Source of the DNA: Acidobacteriota bacterium
GTDB taxonomy: Bacteria; Acidobacteriota; Terriglobia; 20CM-2-55-15
DNA: 64,000 nt
NCBI GenBank assembly: GCA_003223875.1
Contig: QHWY01000087.1
Coordinates: forward strand, 4,267-68,266
Reading direction: 5' to 3'
In this document: one piece after another, positions 36,514-45,701 of the stretch
How positions within the stretch are numbered: the stretch's first letter is position 1
Layout of the letters: the number at the start of each line of letters is the position of its first letter
The notes under the pieces: model-generated
What the model was told of the DNA's origin: nothing
Databases searched by the model: none
Seen by the model: only the letters and a program-made list of their open reading frames with translations
Translations under genes and position numbers: made by a program

Positions 36514-38759
36514 TGTTGAACGCCAATATGAAATCTTTGTGTTTTTTGTGTCTTCCTTTGTGCCTCTTGTGGTTTGCTCCCGATTTCTATGGAAAAGACA
36601 TCAATTACGAAACAGCACGTCTCGAAAAGCGGCTTCGCGCGGTCAAGATTACCGACAAAATCACGATCGACGGCAGACTGGACGAACCCGTGTGGACCGA
36701 CGCGCCGCGGACAACCGAGTTTATTCAGAAAGACCCTGATGAAGGCGAGGCGGTGTCGGAGCGCACAGAAATCCGAGTGCTTTACGACAGTGACAACATT
36801 TATTTCGGCGTTGTCGCCAATGATTCGGACGTTCGTAGCGTCCTTATTTCGGAACTGAAGAAGGACTTCACCGTCGATACCGGTGATTCGTTCCAGATCG
36901 TTCTCGATACGTTTCACGACGAACGCAATGCGTATCAATTCATCATCAATCCGGCTGGCGCAAAGTGGGATGCGCAGATTGCCAATGAGGGACGCGACGT
37001 CAATCAGAGCTGGGACGGCGTCTGGTATGTGAAGACACGAATTGGGGACGATGGATGGACGGCCGAGATTGCCGTCCCTTTCAGGACGCTAAAATTCCCT
37101 CGCGCTGCTGCGCAGACCTGGGGCATTAACTTCCAGCGAACGATTCGGCGGCGCAACGAAGAGAGTCTGTGGGCACCCGTTCCGCGAATCTATACAGTTC
37201 AGCGAGTATCGCTGGCCGGCACGCTTGAAGGATTAGAAGGGATCGAGCCCGGTTCCAACATCAAGATCAAACCCTACGTCATTTCCAGTTTTGCGCAAAA
37301 CCGCACGCCACAATCTCACAAATATGATGCTGACGGAGGGCTTGACTTAAAGTACGGAGTGACTTCTGGTCTTACGTGGGATTTCACCTATAATACCGAC
37401 TTCTCGCAAGTCGAAGCCGACGAACAACAAATTAATCTCAGCCGCTACAGCCTGCTCTTTCCTGAAAAGAGAGATTTCTTTCTGGAGAACTCGGGCATCT
37501 TTCAGTTCGGTGTCCCCAATGCAAGTCTCGGCGGCGGAGGCGGTACAGGTCAAAGCGTGTTTACTCTATTGAACCCCCGGCCGAATGCCGTTCGGAACGA
37601 TTTGATTCAGTTTTTTAGCCGGACCATCGGCCTTTCTGATTCCGGTGATGCGATACCTATTCTCGGCGGCTCGCGGCTCACGGGCAGCGTAGGACGCTAT
37701 CAAGTCGGCTTTCTTGATATTCAGCAGCGACAGTTGGGCTCAATTCAAGCAACAAACTTCTTTGTCGGCCGTCTTCGCCGGAATGTACTGGAGAATTCCG
37801 ATCTCGGATTCATGGTCACCAACAAGGAAGTGAACAATTCCTCACGCTACAATCGCAGCATAGGAGCGGACGCCAATTTCCGGTTTGGGCAATCCCTAAG
37901 CCTCAACGGTTTCGTGGCGAAGACCATGACGCCTGATCTTTCCGGAAAAGATCTGGCCGGTCGCATCGCGATGCAGTATCAGGACAAAGTGTGGCAGCTC
38001 AGCGGCACCTACACGGTCATCCAGCCGAACTATCACAATGAAATGGGCTTCGTACCGCGCGTGGGCATTCGAAGATTTGCGAGCATCACCAGTTATACTT
38101 GGCGTCCGGGGCGATGGCACCGCCACATTCGCGATATTCGCCCTCATTGGCAAGTCGACTATGTCGTGGATTCGGCCGGGCGTCTGCAAACTAAGTATGT
38201 CGACCTTCATCTTCCTTTCGACTTTCAGAACGGCGCAAATATCGAAATGGGTAAGAACCCGACGTTCGAATATCTCACACAGCCGTTGAAGCTTTCCGGC
38301 ACGGCGATCACGCCACGTGAATACAAATTTAATGATTATTTCATTCTTGGAACTACCGATACGAGCCGCCGCCTCTCCGCGAACGGGCGATTTTCGACTG
38401 GTCGTTTTTATTCCGGCTACAAACATTCATATCTGGCGGGAGGGGCCTTGCGATTCAATTACAAGCTAACGACATCCTTTCAGTACACGCACAACAACAT
38501 TAGCCTAGCCGAAGGCCGCGTGACGCAGAATCTGCTGGTGACACGCGTGAATTATGGATTCACGACGACAATGTTCTTGAATGCGCTCATCCAGTACAAC
38601 AGCGATAACAAGCAGTGGAGCTCGAACGTGCGATTCAACATCATCCATCGGCCACTAAGTGACATTTTCGTTGTGTACAACGAACATCGCGACTCGGTGA
38701 CAGGCAATCTGATCGACCGCGCTCTAATCGCAAAGATGACGTACATGATTTCTCGATAA
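36513..38759 (+). CDS. DUF5916 outer-membrane beta-barrel-like protein with N-terminal CBM9-like (carbohydrate-binding family 9-like) domain
   Basis: A 748-aa protein with a signal peptide. ITIDGRLDEPVWTDAP...DSFQIVLDTFHDERNAYQFIINPAGAKWDA is the CBM9-like signature, and the rest is beta-rich. Confidence 0.65.
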   Translation: MLNANMKSLCFLCLPLCLLWFAPDFYGKDINYETARLEKRLRAVKITDKITIDGRLDEPVWTDAPRTTEFIQKDPDEGEAVSERTEIRVLYDSDNIYFGVVANDSDVRSVLISELKKDFTVDTGDSFQIVLDTFHDERNAYQFIINPAGAKWDAQIANEGRDVNQSWDGVWYVKTRIGDDGWTAEIAVPFRTLKFPRAAAQTWGINFQRTIRRRNEESLWAPVPRIYTVQRVSLAGTLEGLEGIEPGSNIKIKPYVISSFAQNRTPQSHKYDADGGLDLKYGVTSGLTWDFTYNTDFSQVEADEQQINLSRYSLLFPEKRDFFLENSGIFQFGVPNASLGGGGGTGQSVFTLLNPRPNAVRNDLIQFFSRTIGLSDSGDAIPILGGSRLTGSVGRYQVGFLDIQQRQLGSIQATNFFVGRLRRNVLENSDLGFMVTNKEVNNSSRYNRSIGADANFRFGQSLSLNGFVAKTMTPDLSGKDLAGRIAMQYQDKVWQLSGTYTVIQPNYHNEMGFVPRVGIRRFASITSYTWRPGRWHRHIRDIRPHWQVDYVVDSAGRLQTKYVDLHLPFDFQNGANIEMGKNPTFEYLTQPLKLSGTAITPREYKFNDYFILGTTDTSRRLSANGRFSTGRFYSGYKHSYLAGGALRFNYKLTTSFQYTHNNISLAEGRVTQNLLVTRVNYGFTTTMFLNALIQYNSDNKQWSSNVRFNIIHRPLSDIFVVYNEHRDSVTGNLIDRALIAKMTYMISR

Positions 38760-38760
38760 C

Positions 38761-38803
38761 CCTCTCCCTGTGGGAGAGGGCTACCCTCTCCCTGTGGGAG
38801 AGG
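38761..38803. repeat. Two tandem perfect hairpins CCCTCTCCC-TGT-GGGAGAGGG
   Basis: Seen directly. Same hairpin type as at 16140-16290 and 55298-55421. Confidence 0.8.
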
Positions 38804-38845
38804 GCGCGAAGCGCGAGCCCGATAGGGCGAAGCCTCAAGAAAACG

Positions 38846-39130
38846 GTGCACAATTTGGCCGTTTCTTCGAGTGAGCAAGGAGGCGGGAAAGGAGAAGGGT
38901 TTACATTGAACATTCCTCTGCCGGCCGACACGTCGGCTCGAGAGCACCGGCAGGCATTCGCCGATGCCATTCGCGATATCGAGGGAAGATTTCCGCCCGC
39001 CCTGACCATCATCTCAGCCGGCTTCGACTCGCGTCGCGGAGATCCTCTGGGAGGCTTGATGCTCGACAAAGGACATTCTTCGCCTCGCCGAGAAGCACGG
39101 CGCCGGCCGCGTGATTGGGGACTCATCTGA
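38846..39130 (+). pseudogene. Fragment of a histone-deacetylase/acetoin-utilisation (arginase-deacetylase superfamily) gene
   Basis: GEGFTLNIPLPADTSAREHRQAFADAIRDIEGRFPPALTIISAGFDSRRGDPLGGLML matches the HDAC-family GxGF-N-PL...SAGFD-H-DPLG block. The N-terminal ~200 aa and the C-terminus are absent. It is bracketed by 34-bp direct repeats. Confidence 0.55.
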
Positions 39131-39178
39131 ATGGGAGGGGGGCACCCCGAATTCAACCGAATTCGGGGTGCCCCCCTC
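39128..39178. other. Perfect 25-bp-stem hairpin (GGGAGGGGGGCACCCCGAATTC-AACC-GAATTCGGGGTGCCCCCCTCCC)
   Basis: Seen directly. It lies ~115 bp upstream of the giant-protein gene. Confidence 0.85.
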
Positions 39179-39293
39179 CCATTCTCCGCTTCCCTCGTCT
39201 TGCTCCGGCCGTCCAAAACAGGCTAGCATTTTGGGTTTGCCGCGCGAAGCGCGAGCCCGGCAGGGCGAAGCCTCAAATTGAGGAGGTAATTGT

Positions 39294-42200
39294 TTGTTCT
39301 TAGTCCTCTTAGTAATACTGTTGTTCAGGGCCTTGCCCGCGACAGCTGCATCTTCGGCTAATCCCATCTATGGCAAGCTCGATTTAGCTTTCGAGCGAAA
39401 CCTCGGGCAGGCTGCCCACCGCGTGAAATTTCTCAGCCGCGGAAGCGGATATACGGTCTTTCTCACCCAAGACGAAGCGGTTGTTGGACTTACAGCTCCG
39501 AAGACATCGGCGGTTCGGATGAAACTGCTGGGCCAAAACAGACATCCGCAGTTGGAAGGGATGGACCGGCTCCCGGGCTCGGCGAATTATCTCAAGGCAC
39601 AGTCTCAGACCACGGACATACCACGATACAGAAAAGTCCGATATTCGGATGTTTATCCCGGAATTGATGTCATCTACCACGGCAACGGCCAACTTCTCGA
39701 GTACGATTTCGTGGTTAGTCCTGGAGCCGATCCAAACAGAATCCGGCTCGGCTTCTCGGGGATCCGTTCGACGTCGCTCGACACTGCGGGCGATCTTGTA
39801 CTTACAACGGATGGTGACCCGATCCTTCAACGTAAACCTCGTGCGTATCAGACGATCGAGGGGCTCGAGAAAACCGTCGACGTATCCTACGTCCTTTCCG
39901 CCAACCATGTGAAATTCCATATCGGCGACTATGACAAGACCAAGCCGCTCATCATTGATCCTCTGCTCGTCTACTCCACGTACTTTGGCGGCTCTGGTCC
40001 CGACCAAGGAAATGCCATCACGGTCGATGTCGAGGGCAGCGTATATGTGACTGGTGTCACGACTTCAGTAGATTTCGCCGTCGCGTCCGCCACGCAGGGC
40101 AAGTATGCCGGCGGGACCACAGATGCGTTCGTACTCAAGCTCGATGCAACTGGGACCCAAATTGTGTACTCGACCTATATTGGCGGTTCCAGCTCAGATG
40201 AAGGGCACTCGATTGCCGTCGATACCGGCGGCAACGCTTACATGACGGGGTTCAGCTCTTCTAACGACTTCCCAATTATCAATGGCTTTCAGAGAACACG
40301 TGGTGGGCTTTTGGATGCATATGTCCTGAAGCTGAACAGGGCGGGTAACGCGATTCTATTCTCGAGTTTCCTGGGCGGCTCCGACGACGACCGAGGGTAC
40401 GGTATTGCTCTTGATGCAGGCAGAAACATTTACGTTACCGGAACTACAAGGTCCGGCAATTTTCCAATCGCTAATCCATACCAGCGCAACTACGCGGGAG
40501 GATTCGCCGATGCTTTTGTGACCAAGATCGGCTCCGCGGGAAATCTGATTTATTCCACGTACACGGGGGGCATCGGCAACGATAACCCATTCGCCATTGC
40601 GGTTGACGGCAATGGAGCGGCGTATGTTACCGGTTTCACCAGTTCGCCCAATTTTCCGCTTGTTAATGCTTTACAGAACGGCTTCGGCGGTGGTACCGAT
40701 GATGTTTTCGTATTCAAACTGAACCCCGCAGGCACAGCACTGCAGTATTCCACATACATCGGTGGAATCAGCTCCGACGAAGCAACCCGGATCGCCGTGG
40801 ACGAAGCAGGGAGCGCGTACATTACGGGATACACGAACTCCTCCCTGAATTTTCCGACCGTCAATGCCTACCAACCCACGATTGCAGGCTCTCCTGATGC
40901 TAACGGCGTTTGGCCTTTTGATGCCTTTGTCGCAAAACTATCGCCGGACGGCGCGTCGTTAATCTTTTCAACTTATTTCGGCGGCTCCATGCACGAGAGC
41001 GGCACCGGTATTGCTGTTGACGCAGGGCACAATATTTATATCTCCGGCTATACCAATTCATTCGATCTTCCTGTAGCCAATGCAATTCAGTCTTTCATAG
41101 GGGGAGAGCGCGACGCGTTCCTGGCAAAATTCGATCCGGCTGGAAACATACTCGTTTTTTCCACATTTCTCGGAGGGGCCGCCTCTGAGTCCGCTGTTGG
41201 TTTGGCTCTGGACAATGCAGGGAACGCTTACGTCACAGGTTTCACATATTCAACGAATTTTCCTACTGCCAATCCGATTCAAGAGACAAACGCCGGTACA
41301 CCAGATACCTTTACTGCAAAGCTAAACTCAGCAGATATCGTCTCCTCGCAACAATTTCGAGTTGCGCCCCAGGGGGCCACATCATTAATTACCGAGGGTA
41401 AACGGACCGATGCAGTATTTGGCTATGCCACGGCAGAATCAGCGCCGGGCACGCAGCTCGCCGGGTTGGCGATCGTCGACCGCAGGCAAAATGGCGCGAC
41501 CGTCAGTGAAGTGTCGGTGCCGGCGCCGCCCTTTTTGGACGTCGGACGTCTGTTTGTGGACGTATCGTCGAGCGGCCGTTCGGTCGTATCGATCGCAAAC
41601 CCGAATGACAGCGACGTGACGGTCGATTTTTTTTACACGAATGACAAAGGAGATTCATCAAAGTTTGTAACCGTGACGGTCACCGCGCACCAGCACTTTT
41701 CTAAGTTCGTTACGGATGATCCGCTCAAGATCGATGCTCCGGGAACGCTGAATTTCACATCATCTCTCCCGGTCGCGGCAACCGCGTTCTTCACCATTAC
41801 CAACGAATCCAGCGAGCTTTTGCTCAGCGGCACACCTATCGTAAATACGTTTCAGTATTCGGCCGGTTTTGGCGATAAAACGGTCACAATCCCAGAGCTT
41901 TCCGACGGCGCCGGATGGACCACCGATATGGTGCTCGTCAACACCAGCGAAGATCAAATGAACGGGGAGGTGCGCTTCTTTGATCAAGGGAGCGGATCTC
42001 AAGCCGGAAGTCCGCTTGAACTCGGAATCGGCGATGGCACCACTGTGGCTCCGGCTGTGGAATACAATATTCCGCCTCGCAGCTTTCAGAAGATCGCCAC
42101 CGCCGGCAACGCAACGGCTTCGGAGGTTCCATTTGCGGTAAATCGCGGCGCGTCGTTCAGTACACCGGGTGGTGGAGTAACCCAGATATCGGGATGGGCA

Positions 42201-44177
42201 TCTGCCGATACCGTGGCGCTGGACGCGCGGCTCACGGGATTGGAAATCCTGCAGTACCGTCAAACCGGTGTCACTCAGAGTGAAGCCGGTGTACTGGCGC
42301 CTCCTCTTCGCCAAAGCGGCGGTTTACTTGTCGAAGTTACCGACAAGATCCGGTCGTTGATCGCCATCGCCAATCCAAACAATCAAGATGTCGCAGTTGA
42401 TTTTTACCTGACCGATGATGCGGGAACATCGACAGGTTCGGTCAGCGTCACTGTCCCCGCCGGCGGCCAGTATTCGGCGTTTGTTGCCGACGCTCCGATC
42501 AGCGTGCCCACGGGGCAGGCTCGAGCGCTGAATTTCAATGCATCCCTGCCAGTTTTTGTCAGCGCCTTGCGCTTCTTTACGAATGAGCGAAACGACAGCC
42601 TTCTGAGCTCGATTCCGATAGCCGATAATGCAAACGTGGCAACCGAGGTCGTCGTCATTCCAGACTTCGCCGATGGAGCAGGCTGGAGCAGCAAAGTCAT
42701 CCTCGTAAACAACAGCGATGAACCGATGCAAGGCGTCATCCAGTTCGTGGGCCAAGGTTCGCCAACGGAACCTCCTCAAGGCGTTCTGGTTGGGACAGCA
42801 GTCGGTACAGATACCGTTTTTGAATATGGCATCGCGCCGCACAGTTTCTATCGACTCGAGACAAATGGCGCGCAGGACAATCTCTCTCTCGGTTCCATCT
42901 ATATCCACCCCTCCCCTGGCTTCGGGACACCGCATACACATGCGATCATCCAGCAGCAAGCTGGAGGAAACACGATTTATCAGACGTCGTTTGAGGGGCA
43001 AATTCCAGCCACGACCTTCAGTTTTTATGCCGAGGCTGTTGGCGATTTCGATGCTGGTAAACCGAAGTCCACGAGCACCGCCATTGCGATCGCAAATCCA
43101 TCCAGTGGTGTCGCGACGGTTCGGTTGGAACTGACGTCCTTTGGTGGGTCAACGTTGGCGACTTCATCGCCTGTTCAAATCCCCGGCTACGGCCAGATCG
43201 TCTTTTTTCTTTCTCAGATTCCCGGCATGGAATTTGTGAAGGCGCCGTTTCAGGGAATATTGCGGCTCAATGCTGTTTCGGGGATGCCAGTCACTGCGGC
43301 GGCGGTGCGCGTCCTCATCAACGAACGTTCGGATTACCTTGTCACTCCGACAGGGCCCCTGAACGAAAGCGCAGGCGCGCCGGGCCATTTGGTCTTTCCT
43401 TACATCACCGACAGTACCGGCTATACGACACAATTCGTCTTAATTAATGGGCCGGGCGTGGCCAATGTGAGCGGCATTCTTCACTACTTAGGAACCGATG
43501 GATCTCCGCTGCAGGTGACTGCACTGAAACTGGGTTCAATTCAGGTGGTCCCCTTCGCGGGCTTCAATACTCCCCATGCGCATGCGATCCTAAGCCGAAA
43601 GGAGGGAGGGGTTCTCATATTCCAAACTTCTGTGGAGGCAGAAAGGCCGCTACAGACTTTTCGCGTCTACACCGAATCGGTAGGCGATTTTGACGCCGGC
43701 ATTGCTGGTTCGACTCGGAGCGCGATTGCTCTGGCGAATCCGTCAGACTCTCTCGTGAGCGTGCGGCTGGAATTGCGAGGTCTTGATGGTGTTCTGCTGA
43801 GAACGTCACAGCCGCTCGTTATTCCCGCATTTGGCCAAGTCACGATGTTTTTGAATCAAGTTCCGGGATTTGAAACGCTCGGTGCGCCGTTCGAGGGTAT
43901 TTTGCAAGTTACCGCCGTTTCCGGCCCGGGTGTCACCGGCGCTGGTTTCCGAGCTATATTCAATGAGCGAGGAAATGCGCTCTTTATCACCACGGGACCT
44001 TTAGTCGAAAACGCGGGCGTGCCTGGCATGATTGTGTTTCCGCATCTAGCCGAAGGCGGCGGCTATACGATGCAATTCGTCGTTGTTGGCGGCACGCCGG
44101 GGCAGAGCGATTCCGGCTTGCTCCGTTTTTTCAACCAGCAAGGTAATCCCTTGAACGTCACATTAGGGGAGCGCTGA
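39294..44177 (+). CDS. Giant secreted protein: N-terminal SBBP (seven-bladed beta-propeller) repeats followed by ~8 tandem ~110-aa beta-sandwich-like repeats
   Basis: A 1627-aa protein with a TTG start, GGAGG RBS and signal peptide. YSTY(I/F)GG...D.G..IAVD..GN.Y(V/I)TG.T.S.(D/N)FP is reiterated >10 times. The C-terminal half repeats a module containing IANP...V.VDF(Y/F)...IP(E/D)(F/L)(S/A)DGAGW.T..(V/I)LVN.S. Confidence 0.8.
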   Translation: MFLVLLVILLFRALPATAASSANPIYGKLDLAFERNLGQAAHRVKFLSRGSGYTVFLTQDEAVVGLTAPKTSAVRMKLLGQNRHPQLEGMDRLPGSANYLKAQSQTTDIPRYRKVRYSDVYPGIDVIYHGNGQLLEYDFVVSPGADPNRIRLGFSGIRSTSLDTAGDLVLTTDGDPILQRKPRAYQTIEGLEKTVDVSYVLSANHVKFHIGDYDKTKPLIIDPLLVYSTYFGGSGPDQGNAITVDVEGSVYVTGVTTSVDFAVASATQGKYAGGTTDAFVLKLDATGTQIVYSTYIGGSSSDEGHSIAVDTGGNAYMTGFSSSNDFPIINGFQRTRGGLLDAYVLKLNRAGNAILFSSFLGGSDDDRGYGIALDAGRNIYVTGTTRSGNFPIANPYQRNYAGGFADAFVTKIGSAGNLIYSTYTGGIGNDNPFAIAVDGNGAAYVTGFTSSPNFPLVNALQNGFGGGTDDVFVFKLNPAGTALQYSTYIGGISSDEATRIAVDEAGSAYITGYTNSSLNFPTVNAYQPTIAGSPDANGVWPFDAFVAKLSPDGASLIFSTYFGGSMHESGTGIAVDAGHNIYISGYTNSFDLPVANAIQSFIGGERDAFLAKFDPAGNILVFSTFLGGAASESAVGLALDNAGNAYVTGFTYSTNFPTANPIQETNAGTPDTFTAKLNSADIVSSQQFRVAPQGATSLITEGKRTDAVFGYATAESAPGTQLAGLAIVDRRQNGATVSEVSVPAPPFLDVGRLFVDVSSSGRSVVSIANPNDSDVTVDFFYTNDKGDSSKFVTVTVTAHQHFSKFVTDDPLKIDAPGTLNFTSSLPVAATAFFTITNESSELLLSGTPIVNTFQYSAGFGDKTVTIPELSDGAGWTTDMVLVNTSEDQMNGEVRFFDQGSGSQAGSPLELGIGDGTTVAPAVEYNIPPRSFQKIATAGNATASEVPFAVNRGASFSTPGGGVTQISGWASADTVALDARLTGLEILQYRQTGVTQSEAGVLAPPLRQSGGLLVEVTDKIRSLIAIANPNNQDVAVDFYLTDDAGTSTGSVSVTVPAGGQYSAFVADAPISVPTGQARALNFNASLPVFVSALRFFTNERNDSLLSSIPIADNANVATEVVVIPDFADGAGWSSKVILVNNSDEPMQGVIQFVGQGSPTEPPQGVLVGTAVGTDTVFEYGIAPHSFYRLETNGAQDNLSLGSIYIHPSPGFGTPHTHAIIQQQAGGNTIYQTSFEGQIPATTFSFYAEAVGDFDAGKPKSTSTAIAIANPSSGVATVRLELTSFGGSTLATSSPVQIPGYGQIVFFLSQIPGMEFVKAPFQGILRLNAVSGMPVTAAAVRVLINERSDYLVTPTGPLNESAGAPGHLVFPYITDSTGYTTQFVLINGPGVANVSGILHYLGTDGSPLQVTALKLGSIQVVPFAGFNTPHAHAILSRKEGGVLIFQTSVEAERPLQTFRVYTESVGDFDAGIAGSTRSAIALANPSDSLVSVRLELRGLDGVLLRTSQPLVIPAFGQVTMFLNQVPGFETLGAPFEGILQVTAVSGPGVTGAGFRAIFNERGNALFITTGPLVENAGVPGMIVFPHLAEGGGYTMQFVVVGGTPGQSDSGLLRFFNQQGNPLNVTLGER

Positions 44178-44189
44178 GAGATCTGGATG

Positions 44190-44495
44190 CTATGGCCGAC
44201 GATCGCGCGGCTCCGAGGGCCGCTGCGCTCGTCCGTCAGAGCGCGGTGTCTGGGGCAATGCTTCGTTTACGGTAAGGACTCGGCCCCCCATGCGCTGGCC
44301 GTTTAGAGCGTTGATCGCATCCTTCAGTTTCCATTCTTCGTTCAATACGACGAATCCGAAACCGCGAGATTGTCCAGTGGACCTATCGCGGATAATTTGC
44401 GCCGATTCCACCTGAAATCCCTGTGATTCTACCCACTCCTGCAGCTCTGTGTCGGCGGAAGCATGGGGTATATTTCCAATGAAAAGTTTTGTCAT
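44190..44495 (-). CDS. RRM-type RNA-binding protein
   Basis: RNP-2 LFIGNIP and RNP-1 RGFGFVVL motifs in a ~90-aa RRM protein. Confidence 0.88.
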   Translation of the reverse strand: MTKLFIGNIPHASADTELQEWVESQGFQVESAQIIRDRSTGQSRGFGFVVLNEEWKLKDAINALNGQRMGGRVLTVNEALPQTPRSDGRAQRPSEPRDRRP

Positions 44496-44610
44496 GGGTT
44501 CCTCTCCAATTGATTGTCTGGAGAAGTATAGCGAGCGGGAAGATACTGCAAATCGGTAGCGAAAGAGTTCGCTGATAGGTATTTGTCCTACGCGATTTTT
44601 GTCGTTCCGA

Positions 44611-45192
44611 TCAGGCCTCTCGGCTCCTCACGATGATGACTGCAAAGTCGTCGCGGATTTTTTGAGATGCAGTTAACTGATCTTCCGTTTCGAAAAGCCT
44701 TCGTAAGTAATCCAAGGATCCGGTGTGTTCCTCGCAAAAATTTCCTGCGATGTCATACAACAGTTCGTGCAGGATCGCCCCTCCGTAGCCTTTGACTTCC
44801 AAGATCCTGAAGTATTGGGCCAGGAGCGGCACGATCTCCAATGAGCGAACGGCCTCGGAAGGATCCGCAGCAGCCATATAGGCCACAGTTTTCCGAACGA
44901 TACGTTCCTTGAATTTGGACTGATCCGATATGAGCCGGCGAAGATGTTTCGGAAGCTGTTGAAGTTGTTCATTCATAGTCTGGATTTGCGCATCCGTCCA
45001 TTGGAATCGGCTCGGTCCAATGAATTCGTCCAGACGATTCAGTCGTGCCGTGCCCGAGACCTTGAGGTTGATACGTTCCTGGACTAGCGGGTGCTCGAGC
45101 CAGTGCTGGACCTGACTTCCACCCCAGATCCGGCCGGAGCCCCAAACATACTTGATACGCTCGAGGTTCTTTCGCGAAAACAGTCTGAACAT
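44611..45192 (-). CDS. Hypothetical protein
   Basis: This ORF has no recognisable family. The start was taken at an internal ATG (45192), because the longer ORF-track form overlaps the OsmC-like gene by 85 bp. Confidence 0.45.
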   Translation of the reverse strand: MFRLFSRKNLERIKYVWGSGRIWGGSQVQHWLEHPLVQERINLKVSGTARLNRLDEFIGPSRFQWTDAQIQTMNEQLQQLPKHLRRLISDQSKFKERIVRKTVAYMAAADPSEAVRSLEIVPLLAQYFRILEVKGYGGAILHELLYDIAGNFCEEHTGSLDYLRRLFETEDQLTASQKIRDDFAVIIVRSREA

Positions 45193-45203
45193 AGACAGGG
45201 AAC

Positions 45204-45701
45204 TCAGCCCTCTGTTCGCGAATTTTCCTCGAGCGTGTACGACGATGTGATTTCGATCGCCGTATGTAGAGTGCGGAACAATGGGCACTTGTCTGCGAAA
45301 ATCCCATGTACGCGTTCCACTGTGTCGCGCGTACTTTCCGGCGCCCGAAGCGTAAAGTCGATGTGAATCCTTCGAATTACCAGCACACCCTGGTCAGCTT
45401 CAATCTCGCCGCGGACGGAGGCGGTGAGCCGGCCGTCGCTCGCGTCAATTTTGCGCGCTTCCAGCGCGCCTCCGAAAGTGCCCAGCATTCAGCCGGCCGT
45501 GGCGGCAACGACGTAATCGATCGTTGCCGCGTGCGATTCGCCTAGTTTCTTCTCATCGACTCCGTAGTGTTTCGCGATACCGCCGTGCACGCTGAACGTG
45601 ATTGGCCTTTCTTCACCTGGCAAATACGCCAAGCGGAGTGGTCCTTTGCGTCTTTCCAGACGAACCGTTGAAACATAAACGACTTCTGCCATGGACTCCA
45701 C
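45204..45701 (-). CDS. OsmC/Ohr-family peroxiredoxin-like protein interrupted by a single in-frame TGA (45489-45491) at the position of the conserved N-terminal active-site Cys. Candidate selenocysteine codon, or alternatively a nonsense pseudogene
   Basis: ORFs 45489-45701 and 45204-45488 are in the same frame. Joined they read ...IDYVVAATAG-[TGA]-MLGTFGGALE...KCPLFRTL, matching the OsmC family ...LAGC(F/L)..T... and ...KCP(V/L)S.... A GC-rich stem-loop (GCGCGC-UGGAA-GCGCGC, lower stem UUU/AAA) lies 19 nt 3' of the UGA in the mRNA. Confidence 0.6.

Noticed and set aside
38552-39367. Minus-strand ORFs 38552-38947, 38641-39216 and 39014-39367 in the DUF5916 to giant-gene spacer
   Set aside because: The region is composed of hairpins and direct repeats. 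The only protein-like signal there is the short HDAC-family remnant on the plus strand.
39294-44177. Tandem ~330-bp periodicity in the 3' half of the giant gene as a possible CRISPR or satellite array
   Set aside because: The periodicity is at the protein-domain level within one continuous ORF. The repeats are diverged and there are no short identical direct repeats with unique spacers.
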